Source of the DNA: a virus
Virus record (IMG/VR): IMGVR_UViG_3300029113_000198
Length of the DNA stretch: 64,000 bases
Strand: one strand, 5' to 3'
A program made the position numbers and the translations under genes. Positions 17,476 through 27,465 of the stretch are shown one piece after another. Below the pieces are notes generated by a model, which was given only the letters and a program-made list of their open reading frames with translations, ran no database searches and was not told where the DNA came from. The stretch's first letter is position 1, and every line of letters begins with the position of its first letter.

Positions 17476-18576
17476 ATGGCAGATAGAATTTTTAATCTTC
17501 CTCAGACCCGTGGTTCTTTTGAGATGGCTGGTAAGGTCACCGGCACCCAGCGTAGCAATTTCTATAACGAGAAGGAGACTAAGAGTGGTGTTACGCGCCG
17601 TGTCCTGAGTTTTGGTATTCAGACTTCCAATGAAAACACTTTCTATGTTGATCTGGCTGGGATGCCTCGTGATAAGGTTTACTTCTTCCGCCGTGCCGAT
17701 AAGGACAAAGGCATTGAGAAAGATAAGAAGGAAGTCGCTTGGAAGGATCGTCTGACTTATGTTGCACCGGAAGGCTACGACATGATTGGCGTTAAGGTCG
17801 GTGTTACCAAGAAGACGAATGAGTCTGGCAAGGTTGTCAACGATAACAAGACTCTGACCGATTTCGATGCAGCTAAGGAGATTTCTGAGAATCTGCATGA
17901 CGGTGACAATGTGTATGTCCGTGGCAACATCGAGTATAGCACTTACAACGGTAAGCATCAGATTCGCTTTGTTCCTACTCAGGTTTCTCTGAGCTCTAAG
18001 GAAATCGACTTTGATGCAGAGGGTTTCGAGGAGCTGGCTCTGTTCACTCAGACCATTGTTTATACTGGTTGCCGCAAGAGCGATGAGTGTGATGAGGTAG
18101 TTGTCGATGCAAAGATCGTGAACTACAATACCATCGAGGATGCAGAGTTCTTCATTGACTATAAGGCAAACACTCAGAATAAGGTTCTGGCTGATTCTAT
18201 TCGTAAGCGTCTGAAGTCTTATACTAGCTTTGAGTGTTTTGGTCCCATCGTTAATCAGCAGAAGGTCGAGGAAGTTGAGACTGAGAATATCTGGGGTGGT
18301 CCTAACAAGATGAAGCGCCAGAGCACTCCGGCAGTTCGCAAGCTGTATATCGAGGGTGTTAATCCTGATTCCTTTGATCCGAATCCCGGCGATAAGGATG
18401 CAAAGCCAACTTACACTGAGGACAATATCTCTGAGGCACGGGCAAAAATTGCTGCCAACGCTCAGGCAAAGAAGGACTTTGATGGCAAGGCTGCTGAGAA
18501 CGACACTTCTTGGTGGGGTGGTTCTAATAAGTCTACTGTAACTCCTGAAGATGAGGAAGATATCAACTGGGGCTAA
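17476..18576 (+). CDS. Putative single-stranded-DNA-binding / OB-fold protein with acidic C-terminal tail
   Basis: Two OB-fold-like beta-rich segments, acidic tail ...PEDEEDINWG reminiscent of the SSB C-terminal tip; lies next to a RecA-fold ATPase as in Sak4-SSB pairs. Confidence 0.35.
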   Translation: MADRIFNLPQTRGSFEMAGKVTGTQRSNFYNEKETKSGVTRRVLSFGIQTSNENTFYVDLAGMPRDKVYFFRRADKDKGIEKDKKEVAWKDRLTYVAPEGYDMIGVKVGVTKKTNESGKVVNDNKTLTDFDAAKEISENLHDGDNVYVRGNIEYSTYNGKHQIRFVPTQVSLSSKEIDFDAEGFEELALFTQTIVYTGCRKSDECDEVVVDAKIVNYNTIEDAEFFIDYKANTQNKVLADSIRKRLKSYTSFECFGPIVNQQKVEEVETENIWGGPNKMKRQSTPAVRKLYIEGVNPDSFDPNPGDKDAKPTYTEDNISEARAKIAANAQAKKDFDGKAAENDTSWWGGSNKSTVTPEDEEDINWG

Positions 18577-18590
18577 AATTTTTTAACCGT

Positions 18591-18611
18591 TAGCTAAGTA
18601 ATACAGGATAT
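18591..18611 (+). promoter_or_regulatory. Conserved phage motif copy d (TAGCTAAGTAATACAGGATAT)
   Basis: Upstream of 18648 start; shares context TTTTAACCGTTAGCTA with copy b. Confidence 0.55.
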
Positions 18612-18647
18612 CAATAAGAGAAAAGATTTAGAGAGGAATTTACATAT

Positions 18648-19796
18648 ATGGCTATGATTCGTAAAGCATCTGCTGTTCGTAAAAAGCTTCATATGCTGAT
18701 TTATGGTGAGCAGGGAACTGGTAAGTCTCGTACTGCAATGCAGTTGTGTTATCTGAAGAATGCAGACGGTAAGCCGTTCCGTGTTCTGTATCTGGATACC
18801 GAGAATGGTTCTATTGATAACTATACTGAGGAACTGGAAGCCAATGGTGTGAACCCTGACAATTTGCTGATTGTTTACACTCAGTCTCTGGCAGAAGTTC
18901 AGGATTATATCAAGATGGTTACCAACGATGAGGATATCGAGGATGAGAATGGTGATGCTTGTCTGGACGCAGATGGCAAGCCGTTCCGTGCAGATGCTCT
19001 GGTTGTTGACTCCGCATCCATTCTCAAAATGACAGCTACTCAGGGCCTCACCGCCTTCTCGCAGAAGCGTGCCAAGGTTAAGGCTGCATCTCAGGGTCTG
19101 ACTGGTGATGAAAAGGCAGTTAAGATTGAGGGTGCTGGGATGGAGCTCAAGGATTTCAATACCCTGAACTTCAAGGGCCAGTCTCTGATTTTGGATCTGA
19201 ATGCATCTGGCGTGAATTACATTGTTATCTGCCGTGAGAAGGATGAGAAACATACCAAGGTTGTGAATGGTTCTATTGTAAGTGAGCCGACTGGTCGCAA
19301 GATTCCTGATGGCTTTGCTGGTCAGGAGTACAACGTTGATACTGAGTTCCGCCTGTATTTTCAGGATGGTCAGCAGCTCGCTTTCTTCGATAAGGATCGT
19401 ACCGGTATGCATAAGGGCGGTGAGGTTGTTGAGGATCTGACCCTGCTTGAGTATCAGGATATTATTTCCAGCAGCGCAAAAAACCGAGAGAATGTCATCA
19501 AAAACGGCTTAAACGATGCTGTTAAGACTGAGGTTAAGCTGAGTATGCGTGACCTTGGTATCGAAAACGATGAGCCGGATGATGTTCCGGCAGATAAGAG
19601 TTCCGATAGTAAAGAGCCTTCTATGGATGACATCAAGGCAAAGCTGAATGACCTGATTGCTTCCGCTTCTCCCATGAAGAAGAGTGCCGCACAGAAGGCT
19701 GTTAAGGCGGCTGGCCTGTCTACCGCATTCCGTTCCATGACCGACATCGAGGAACTGAAGAAGGTTGCCGCAATTATGGAGAAGGAACTGGCTTAA
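18648..19796 (+). CDS. P-loop ATPase (AAA_24 / Sak4-like RecA-fold), putative recombination/replication accessory
   Basis: Walker A GEQGTGKS at residues 20-27, Walker-B-like LVVDSAS. 382 aa. Confidence 0.45.
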   Translation: MAMIRKASAVRKKLHMLIYGEQGTGKSRTAMQLCYLKNADGKPFRVLYLDTENGSIDNYTEELEANGVNPDNLLIVYTQSLAEVQDYIKMVTNDEDIEDENGDACLDADGKPFRADALVVDSASILKMTATQGLTAFSQKRAKVKAASQGLTGDEKAVKIEGAGMELKDFNTLNFKGQSLILDLNASGVNYIVICREKDEKHTKVVNGSIVSEPTGRKIPDGFAGQEYNVDTEFRLYFQDGQQLAFFDKDRTGMHKGGEVVEDLTLLEYQDIISSSAKNRENVIKNGLNDAVKTEVKLSMRDLGIENDEPDDVPADKSSDSKEPSMDDIKAKLNDLIASASPMKKSAAQKAVKAAGLSTAFRSMTDIEELKKVAAIMEKELA

Positions 19797-20488
19797 TGGA
19801 ACTTACCCGTAAATGCAAAATTTGCGGGAAGAACATTTTCATCGAGCGAGACCGTAGCACTTTTTTCTACGACAAGACTGGTTTTTACCATAAGGATTGT
19901 TTTGTAGAAAAAAAGAAAAATCAAAAACGCCCTTGGACAGATGACCTGCTAAGGGCATTTTTTGACAAAGTAAGTGACACTACGGACAAAAAGGTCGATG
20001 ATCTTCTTTCCAAAAAGAGAGAGCAGGACAAAAATCGTGAGCTTGCTCATATCAAACAGGAAGAGAAAAAGATTCTTTTCGACCATATTCGAGATACATA
20101 CGCCCCGGCGGTTGTTCCTGGTAGCTTCTACTCGAAACTTACGCAACTGATTTCCGGTAATTATTACAAATATAGAGGTTCGATTCCTCCGCTAGAACTT
20201 TACGATATGTGGGTTCTAGCGAAACCCCGACTAGATAAGATAATTGCCGAGAAAGAAGCAAAGGGTTGCGATATGAGCCAGCGATGGAATTACGACTTGG
20301 CTGTTTTATTGGCTCAATATCCTAGTTATCTCGAACGAAAAGAAAGACTAGCTTCGATTCGCAGTGAAAGCGAAGGCAAAACGAAGGAAAATTTGACTGA
20401 AACGGTACTGAAACGGATGAAAACAGTACCAAAACAGAGCAAAAACGAGAACGAAATTGATATAAATGCAATTCTCGATGAGATATAA
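19796..20488 (+). CDS. Hypothetical protein with N-terminal zinc finger
   Basis: CKICGKN...HKDCF at N-terminus; basic/charged middle. 230 aa. Confidence 0.35.
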   Translation: MELTRKCKICGKNIFIERDRSTFFYDKTGFYHKDCFVEKKKNQKRPWTDDLLRAFFDKVSDTTDKKVDDLLSKKREQDKNRELAHIKQEEKKILFDHIRDTYAPAVVPGSFYSKLTQLISGNYYKYRGSIPPLELYDMWVLAKPRLDKIIAEKEAKGCDMSQRWNYDLAVLLAQYPSYLERKERLASIRSESEGKTKENLTETVLKRMKTVPKQSKNENEIDINAILDEI

Positions 20489-20501
20489 AAGAGGTTGGTA
20501 A

Positions 20502-21717
20502 ATGGATAATACAGTTCATGACGCTCAAAGATTGAAGGAGCTTCAGGCACTCCCTCTTGAGCGAAAGATTCAAATCACTCAAAATCGCATCCAGGAATGG
20601 TATATGCACTATGATGGTGGTGTGTACGTCAGCTTCTCCGGCGGTAAGGATTCTACTGTACTTGCTCATTTGACAAAGCAGCTGTTCCCAGATGTCCCGC
20701 TTGTGTTTAGTAATACAGGCTTGGAATACTCGTCAATCCAGAAATTTGCACGAAACGCAGATGCTGTTTTTGTTTATCCCAAGATGGGATTTAGTGATGT
20801 GGTCTCTACATATGGTTATCCTCTTATCTCTAAAGAAGTGGCTGAAGCGATTTACTACGCTAGACGAATCAGAAATAGCGGCGCAGCCACCATGAGAGAG
20901 AGAGAGAGTAAGAACAACTCTCAGGAAAAGACAAGAACTTCTGGGTTTAAGGACGAACTGTCTGGGAGGTGTCTTTAGCAACCCGTGGCTTTACGATGAA
21001 ACAGGAGTTTTTCAAGGAAACAGACGGACGATTCTACTTGGTAATGAACCGGGAGCTGAAATGAAGGCCGGAACAAAATCCATGTTCAATAAGGAAAAAT
21101 GGTTGCCAGCAGCACAAGAACTTCCGTTTGCAATTTCTCATTACTGCTGTTCAGTTATGAAAAAAGGTCCGATGAAGAAATATGCAAGGGCAACCAAGCG
21201 TAAACCTATTATTGGAACGTTGACTGATGAAAGTCGTGTTCGCAAGCAAGCTTGGATTCGACATGGGTGTAATGCTTTTGATAGCAAGTCTCCAACAAGT
21301 CAGCCTATGAGTTTTTGGACTGAGCAGAACGTGCTCACTTTCATCAAACAGTCAGAAATTCAAATTGCAGATGTCTATGGCGATATTGTTCCTACGAGTG
21401 ATAAGCCGGATGCGCCATTGTGTTGTACTGGGTGTGATCGTACCGGATGCACGTTTTGTGGATTTGGAGCTCACAACAAGAACGATAATAGATTCCTGAC
21501 ACTTGCCGAACTTGACCCAAAGAAGTACGAGTATAGTATGAACGGCGGTCAATGGGTAGACAATCCAAAATATGATGCTACTGCACCTGAGTATGACGGA
21601 GTTTGGAAGAACTGGAACCCGAAGAAAATTTGGGTGCCCAGCAAAGAAGGTCTTGGACTGAGAAAAGTTTTCGATATGTTCAATGAACTGTACCCAAACA
21701 ACAAAATTCAATATTAA
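20502..21717 (+). pseudogene. PAPS-reductase-family (PP-loop, DUF3440-type) protein split by a frameshift inside a (GA)n tract
   Basis: N-part (20502-20978) has the SFSGGKDSTV PP-loop. The next frame is open from 20896 and runs into the 21061-21717 ORF, which carries a Cys cluster CCTGCDRTGCTFCG. The two frames switch at GAGAGAGAGAGAGAG (20894-20908). Confidence 0.55.
20894..20908 (+). repeat. (GA)7.5 dinucleotide microsatellite inside coding sequence
   Basis: Direct reading: catGAGAGAGAGAGAGAGta. Confidence 0.9.
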
Positions 21718-21740
21718 AAAATATAAAGGGAGGTGGATGA

Positions 21741-23264
21741 GTGGAACTCATTTCAAATATCCCGAACGAAATTCTATTTGTTGGCGCAATTTACAAACAT
21801 CCTGACTATTTGGTCGAGTATGGGCACTATGTCAAGAGCAAGTACGATTTTGCTGATGAAGCAACAAAATTTTTCTACGATGCAGCGTTAATTATTTACG
21901 AAACTCGGACTCAAGAATTTAATAAAACGTCTGTTTTAACGTTTATGGCTGAAGACGAGTCCAGATTGTCCCAATACAAGCGGCTGAAGGGCTGGTCAAC
22001 CATTGAATACTACATGAGCCTTGCGAATGACGATGACATCAAGGGATACTTCAATATCCTGAAGAAATATTCTCTACTTCGTGAGTATCAGAGAAACGGA
22101 TTTAACATTGAAGGAATCTTGAAGCATCGACAGTTTGAAATGTTTGGTGCTCAGGACATTTACAAATTGATTCGTGGCAAGGCCGACAAGATCAATACGG
22201 TTATTATCACAAACGATGATGCTGAGATTTTGAATAATGGTCTGCTGCCAATGGTCAATGAACGTTTGAGTGTTCCTGATATGGGCTTGCCGTTCCAGTA
22301 TCCTATCATGAATGATTTGTTCCGAGGATTGAAGCTGGGCACTGTGATGTTCAATGGTATGCCATCTAACGCTGGCAAGACTAGATACATGATGGCGATT
22401 GTTGCCTACGTTACATTGGTTCAAAAGCAGAAAGCTCTTCTGCTGCTGAATGAGATGGATCTTGAGTCAGTCCGGTATTGCTTACTGGTCACCGCCATCA
22501 ATAATCCTGAGTTTCAAGAGTTGCATGGTCATCGTTTCCATAAGGACGAGCGAGAAATCACCCTTGGAATGTACCGGGACGCGAATGGAAATTTTATCTT
22601 CAGAAAACAAAACGAAGACGGAGAATACATAGAAAGTATTGACGAGTTCACCGCTCGTGTCTACGAGGAAAGCGAAGAGTATCGCAATGTTCTTGATGTT
22701 TGCCAGTGGATTGAGAGCGAATCACAAGGCTTGATTATCGCAAAGGATGTTTCTGCTGATTATAGTGATAAGTCCCTGCGATTTGAAATCCAAAAGGCAG
22801 CTCTCACTCAGGGAGTTAAGTATGTGTTTTACGATACTCTAAAGAACGACATTGCATCGATTGGTGAATGGGCAGCATTCAAGGTTACAGCTACCGAGCT
22901 TGAAGAGATTGCGAAAAATCTAAAGATCTTTATCTACGGTAGTATCCAGTTGGCCGAAAATGCCCATGAGTATCTTCCTGATGAGCTGAACTCAAACAAC
23001 ATTGCTGAGTCAAAAATGATTAAGCACGTTGCTTGGACGATGGTTCTGTTCAAGGAGATTCCAAAAGATAAGTTCGCGAAGTATCAATACATCTCTCACG
23101 ACCCTGAGTGGGGCGGCGACTGTGCCCATCAGCTGAATCCAGATAAGCGGTATTACGTTGGAAACATCGATAAAAACCGTTTTGGTGAGAAAAAGAAAAT
23201 CATGTTTGAAGTGAATTTGAACCAGAATGTCTGGAAAGAGGTCGGTGTCTGCACCAGAAAGTAA
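21741..23264 (+). CDS. DnaB-like replicative DNA helicase
   Basis: N-terminal DnaB-N-like region (ILFVGAIYKHPDYL), RecA-fold with Walker A GMPSNAGKTRYMMAIV, Walker-B-like VFYDTL. 507 aa. Confidence 0.65.
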   Translation: MELISNIPNEILFVGAIYKHPDYLVEYGHYVKSKYDFADEATKFFYDAALIIYETRTQEFNKTSVLTFMAEDESRLSQYKRLKGWSTIEYYMSLANDDDIKGYFNILKKYSLLREYQRNGFNIEGILKHRQFEMFGAQDIYKLIRGKADKINTVIITNDDAEILNNGLLPMVNERLSVPDMGLPFQYPIMNDLFRGLKLGTVMFNGMPSNAGKTRYMMAIVAYVTLVQKQKALLLLNEMDLESVRYCLLVTAINNPEFQELHGHRFHKDEREITLGMYRDANGNFIFRKQNEDGEYIESIDEFTARVYEESEEYRNVLDVCQWIESESQGLIIAKDVSADYSDKSLRFEIQKAALTQGVKYVFYDTLKNDIASIGEWAAFKVTATELEEIAKNLKIFIYGSIQLAENAHEYLPDELNSNNIAESKMIKHVAWTMVLFKEIPKDKFAKYQYISHDPEWGGDCAHQLNPDKRYYVGNIDKNRFGEKKKIMFEVNLNQNVWKEVGVCTRK

Positions 23265-23273
23265 GGAACTATA

Positions 23274-24296
23274 ATGGTAAATATCGCAGATCTGAAAAAT
23301 TACATTCTTGAAGAACAGCAGATTGAACCGATTCTGGAGGAACTTGGTTGTCATCATATCAGTCACAAAACTGGTTATTACCAGTGTGCAAATCCAGATG
23401 GTGACAATAGAACGGCACTCTGTATTTACGAGAATGAAAATCTTACTGCGGTAGATTACACACGAGATATTGCCAATGGAAAGACCAGTTATGATTTGAT
23501 TTCTGTCGTCCAGTTCTTTCTGGAACTGTCTTTCCCAAAAGCTATTAAGCAAATCTGCGAATGGGTTGGACTTGACTACTATCACAACTTCGAGGAAGAT
23601 CTTCCTAAAAGTATGTTGATTCTAAAAGAGCTCATTGCCATGCAAAATGAAGATGAAGAACACGAGGATGACCGTCCGATAGTCCCCATCTCCGAAGCCA
23701 TCCTCGGTTATTACAAACCTTATGTGAACCGGATTTTTGCTGACGATGGGATATCTTACGAGACGCAGCAGGAATTCGAGATTGGCTTTGATGAATTGAC
23801 AAATAGAATCACGATTCCAATCAGAGATGAAATTGGCACTCTAGTTGGTGTAAAGGGAAGATACTTTGGCAAGCCGCCTGAAGGCGAGATGAAGTACAAG
23901 TATATTGAGCCGTGTGCCAGAAACCGTATTCTGTATGGCCTGTATAAGACAGAGCCGTATATTAAGAATGAAGGTCTGGTATATGTTGGTGAAGCTGAAA
24001 AATCTGTCATGCAAATGTGGGATATGGATGTCTGTAATTGCGTGGCGACCGGCGGCAAGAAGGTTTCACAGAATCAAATCGAAATTTTAACACGTCTTTG
24101 CGTTGATATTTGTTTTGTCTTTGATAAAGACGTTCAGCTTAGTGAGCTTATGGTTCTCGCCAATCGATTTGTCGATGGCGTAAGTGTGTATGCTGTAGTA
24201 GATGATAAAGGGATTCTGGATGAAAAGGAAGCCCCGACTGATAATCCTGAAAAATTTAAGGCATTGATTGAGAACTGTGTTAGGAGAATTAAATGA
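23274..24296 (+). CDS. DNA primase (DnaG-like: zinc-binding domain + TOPRIM)
   Basis: CHH...C...C zinc motif (CHHISHKTGYYQCANPDGDNRTALC); TOPRIM-like VYVGEAEKSVM...VATGGKKVS...VFDKD. Confidence 0.65.
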   Translation: MVNIADLKNYILEEQQIEPILEELGCHHISHKTGYYQCANPDGDNRTALCIYENENLTAVDYTRDIANGKTSYDLISVVQFFLELSFPKAIKQICEWVGLDYYHNFEEDLPKSMLILKELIAMQNEDEEHEDDRPIVPISEAILGYYKPYVNRIFADDGISYETQQEFEIGFDELTNRITIPIRDEIGTLVGVKGRYFGKPPEGEMKYKYIEPCARNRILYGLYKTEPYIKNEGLVYVGEAEKSVMQMWDMDVCNCVATGGKKVSQNQIEILTRLCVDICFVFDKDVQLSELMVLANRFVDGVSVYAVVDDKGILDEKEAPTDNPEKFKALIENCVRRIK

Positions 24297-26017
24297 ATGT
24301 AAAACTCTGGAAGGGGAGTAGGAACGACCTATCAGACCCGATTGGAACGATTATGGAGAATAGAGGGGTTGAGGATTATAAGACCTACATGAACCTAGAT
24401 GATTCTTGTCTGAATTCTCCGTGGGAACTGGACAACATGGAAGATGCTGTCAGGCTGTTGAACAAACATATCTGGAATAAGTCTATTATCTCTATCCTTG
24501 TAGATTGTGATGTGGATGGATTTACAAGTGCTTCAATGATGTTTCAGTATTTGAAGACGATTGGTTATTTTGGAAAAATCAATGTTCTGCATCATGGTGG
24601 CAAGGAGCATGGGCTCTCTAAAGAAATTGAGGTTCCACCTGAAACTACCTTGCTGATTATTCCTGATGCTGGCAGCAACGATGTTGAACAGTGTAAGGAA
24701 CTCCGCGAAAATGACATTGATATTTTGATTCTTGACCATCATATCTGTGATAGAGAGAATCCTTACGCAGTAATCGTCAACAACCAGAACGGTACATATC
24801 CTAATAAGGAATTGTCTGGCGCTGGCGTGGTGTATAAGTTCCTTCAGGCTGTTGATGAATATAATTGGACTGATGTTGCAGACAGGTATCTTGATCTGGT
24901 GGCTGTCGGAAACATCGGCGATGTTATGGATATGCACTCGCATGAGACAAAGCGCCTTTGTACGAAAGGTCTGGCACGAATTGTAAATCCGATGATTTGT
25001 GCTTTAGTTGAGGCGAATAGTTTCAACATCAAGGGAGACCCGACCATCAATGATGTTCAGTTTTACATCGTTCCGATGATGAACGCACTGATTCGTGTTG
25101 GCTCATCCGAGCAAAAGAAACGGATGTTCCGTGCAATGGTCGGTGAAGAGCAGACTTTCCAGTACACTCCGACTCGTGGCAAGAATGCCGGTGTTACGAT
25201 TGACGAGACTCTGGCGCAGCATGTAGCTCGTGAGTGTTCGTCTTGCAAGTATCAGCAAAACAAGACCAAAGACAAGGCTGTCGCAGAGCTTCAGGAACTG
25301 ATTGAAAAGCACAATGCAGATCAGAATAAGATTCTCTTCTGCAACTCCACTGGCATTCTTGACAACACTCTGACTGGTGTTGTGGCAATCAAGCTGGCTG
25401 AAATGTATGCAAAACCGTGCGTACTGCTTCGTACATTCACTGATGAACCGGATTATTACGGTGGCTCAATGAGAAATCCTGACGGTTCTCCGATTGAAAG
25501 TTTAAAGGAGTTCTTGATGAGTACCGGAGATTTTGAGTCAGTTCTTGGTCATGATAATGCTGCTGGTGTGAAAATCAAGAAAGAAAATGTACCAAAGGCG
25601 ATTGCGGATTGCAATGAGCTGCTTAAAGACGTCACGATGAGTAAGGCAATCGTAGTTGATTTTGATTTTGACTATAGTAGGCTGACTGTTGCATTGCCGA
25701 AGACCATGTATGAAATGCATAAAATCTGGGCACAGGGTATTTCCGAGCCGTATTTCTACATTAGAAATATTCCGTTAGCTCATAGTGGATGTGCTCCGAT
25801 GGGCAAGAACGGCAATATGTGGAAGTATTCTGATGAAGAAAAAGGCATTGATTTTGTGTGCTTTGCTGATAATGGCCGGATGATTGGCTGGATCAACAAT
25901 GACTTCTATGGTGGTCAGGAAGAAAAATATATCAATGCTGTGTGTCGGTTGTCTTTAAACCAGTACGGAAACAAGGTGACTCCGCAAGCACAGATTGTTG
26001 ATTTTGAGGTGATTTGA
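24293..26017 (+). CDS. DHH-family phosphoesterase (RecJ-like ssDNA exonuclease)
   Basis: DHH motifs: ILVDCDVDGFTSASM, IIPDAGSND, ILILDHH, SGAGVVYKF. 574 aa. Confidence 0.7.
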   Translation: MNVKLWKGSRNDLSDPIGTIMENRGVEDYKTYMNLDDSCLNSPWELDNMEDAVRLLNKHIWNKSIISILVDCDVDGFTSASMMFQYLKTIGYFGKINVLHHGGKEHGLSKEIEVPPETTLLIIPDAGSNDVEQCKELRENDIDILILDHHICDRENPYAVIVNNQNGTYPNKELSGAGVVYKFLQAVDEYNWTDVADRYLDLVAVGNIGDVMDMHSHETKRLCTKGLARIVNPMICALVEANSFNIKGDPTINDVQFYIVPMMNALIRVGSSEQKKRMFRAMVGEEQTFQYTPTRGKNAGVTIDETLAQHVARECSSCKYQQNKTKDKAVAELQELIEKHNADQNKILFCNSTGILDNTLTGVVAIKLAEMYAKPCVLLRTFTDEPDYYGGSMRNPDGSPIESLKEFLMSTGDFESVLGHDNAAGVKIKKENVPKAIADCNELLKDVTMSKAIVVDFDFDYSRLTVALPKTMYEMHKIWAQGISEPYFYIRNIPLAHSGCAPMGKNGNMWKYSDEEKGIDFVCFADNGRMIGWINNDFYGGQEEKYINAVCRLSLNQYGNKVTPQAQIVDFEVI

Positions 26018-26018
26018 T

Positions 26019-26375
26019 ATGGGAAATTGGAAACGTGCTATCGCCATCGACTTTGATGGCACTCTCTGTGAGAATAATTATCCTGATATCGGTGAGCCAA
26101 ACTGGAATGTCATTTACCAAGCAATTCAGGAACAGAAGCACGGTGCTGGTCTGATTCTCTGGACTTGCCGGGAGGGAAAGCTTCTGTATGATGCAATGGA
26201 GGCTTGTTTTGATTGGGGCATTCAGTTTGATGCCATCAATGATAGTCTGCCGGAGTGGAAAGAGCATTTTGGCACTGCTCCTAGAAAGGTTGGGGCTGAT
26301 GAATATTGGGATGATAAGGCTAAGGTTGTAAAAAATGGAGAGTTGATTGATAATGACTACTGTTGGACAACTTGA
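26019..26375 (+). CDS. Small HAD-like hydrolase (DxDGT motif)
   Basis: AIAIDFDGTL at residues 8-17. 118 aa. Confidence 0.35.
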   Translation: MGNWKRAIAIDFDGTLCENNYPDIGEPNWNVIYQAIQEQKHGAGLILWTCREGKLLYDAMEACFDWGIQFDAINDSLPEWKEHFGTAPRKVGADEYWDDKAKVVKNGELIDNDYCWTT

Positions 26376-26529
26376 AACAGCAATCCGTGATTTTATTGAA
26401 GAATGCAAAAAACAAAGTGATTCTGAGTGGCCGTGTTTACAGTGTCCCTATGAACATTTTTGCGACAGATTAAGGTTTCCGTTTGATATTCTTCCAAGCG
26501 AATGGGTGATTGACGATGCTAACTCCTGA
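26347..26529 (+). CDS. Small Cys-containing protein (paralog 1)
   Basis: DFIEECK...CLQCPYEHFCDR; paralogous to next ORF. Confidence 0.35.
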   Translation: MIMTTVGQLETAIRDFIEECKKQSDSEWPCLQCPYEHFCDRLRFPFDILPSEWVIDDANS

Positions 26530-26701
26530 ACAGTTTGAGGCTGACGTTAAAGAATTTATTGCAGAATGCCAGAGCCATCCGGTGCTTGATTTGTCAAAAG
26601 ATGATCCATGCGAAGGGTGTCGCTTTGAGGATTTTTGCGATAGATTCTATACGGGTGATGGTAGCACATGGCATTGGCGAGTTTATGAGAGGGGTGAATG
26701 A
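26510..26701 (+). CDS. Small Cys-containing protein (paralog 2)
   Basis: EFIAECQ...CEGCRFEDFCDR; tandem paralog. Confidence 0.35.
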   Translation: MTMLTPEQFEADVKEFIAECQSHPVLDLSKDDPCEGCRFEDFCDRFYTGDGSTWHWRVYERGE

Positions 26702-27463
26702 ATGGTTTACATTACAGGCGATATTCATGGCGACTTTAATCGTCTCTTAAAGATAAATAAATTTTGCATTAAACATAGGCTTGGAAAGAACGACTGGATC
26801 ATCTGTCTTGGTGATGTTGGTCTAAACTATTATGGCAAGGATAACATCAACGAATGGAGAGTTAAGACCATTGCTACGGACATCCCTGCGAATTTATTCT
26901 GTATTCATGGAAATCACGAACGCCGCCCGTCTCGTAAGGATGGCTATAAGACAAAGGAAATCAGTGGAGATATTTGCGGTAAAGTGTGGCATGACCCACA
27001 TTATCCCAATCAGTATTTTGCTATTGATGGCGAGGTTTATCAGATTATTGCTGATAGGGAAATTCTGAACTGTCTTGTTTGCGGCGGAGCCTATTCTGTA
27101 GATAAATATTATCGGTTGGAGAGTGGGTGGCATTGGTTTCCTGATGAGCAGCCAAGTGAAAAAATAAAAAAGAAGGTTGCAGAAGTTGTAAGAAACCAAA
27201 CGATTGACGTGATGCTTACGCATACATGTCCGACGAGTTATGTACCAACCGAACTATTTCTCGATGGTGTTGATCAGAGTACGGTTGACAATTCTACTGA
27301 ACGATTTTTCGAAGATATTCTCGGTCGTTTTAGGTACAATGAAATTTTTGGATGGAACACACCATTCTGGTATTTCGGTCACTTCCACGGAAATAAATAC
27401 ACTGATGACTATGTGATGCTTTTCGACGATATTATTAAGTTTGGAGATAAGAGGAAGGAGTAA
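26702..27463 (+). CDS. Calcineurin-like metallophosphoesterase
   Basis: GDIHGD, GDVGLNY, GNHE metallophosphatase motifs. 253 aa. Confidence 0.7.
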   Translation: MVYITGDIHGDFNRLLKINKFCIKHRLGKNDWIICLGDVGLNYYGKDNINEWRVKTIATDIPANLFCIHGNHERRPSRKDGYKTKEISGDICGKVWHDPHYPNQYFAIDGEVYQIIADREILNCLVCGGAYSVDKYYRLESGWHWFPDEQPSEKIKKKVAEVVRNQTIDVMLTHTCPTSYVPTELFLDGVDQSTVDNSTERFFEDILGRFRYNEIFGWNTPFWYFGHFHGNKYTDDYVMLFDDIIKFGDKRKE

Positions 27464-27465
27464 GA

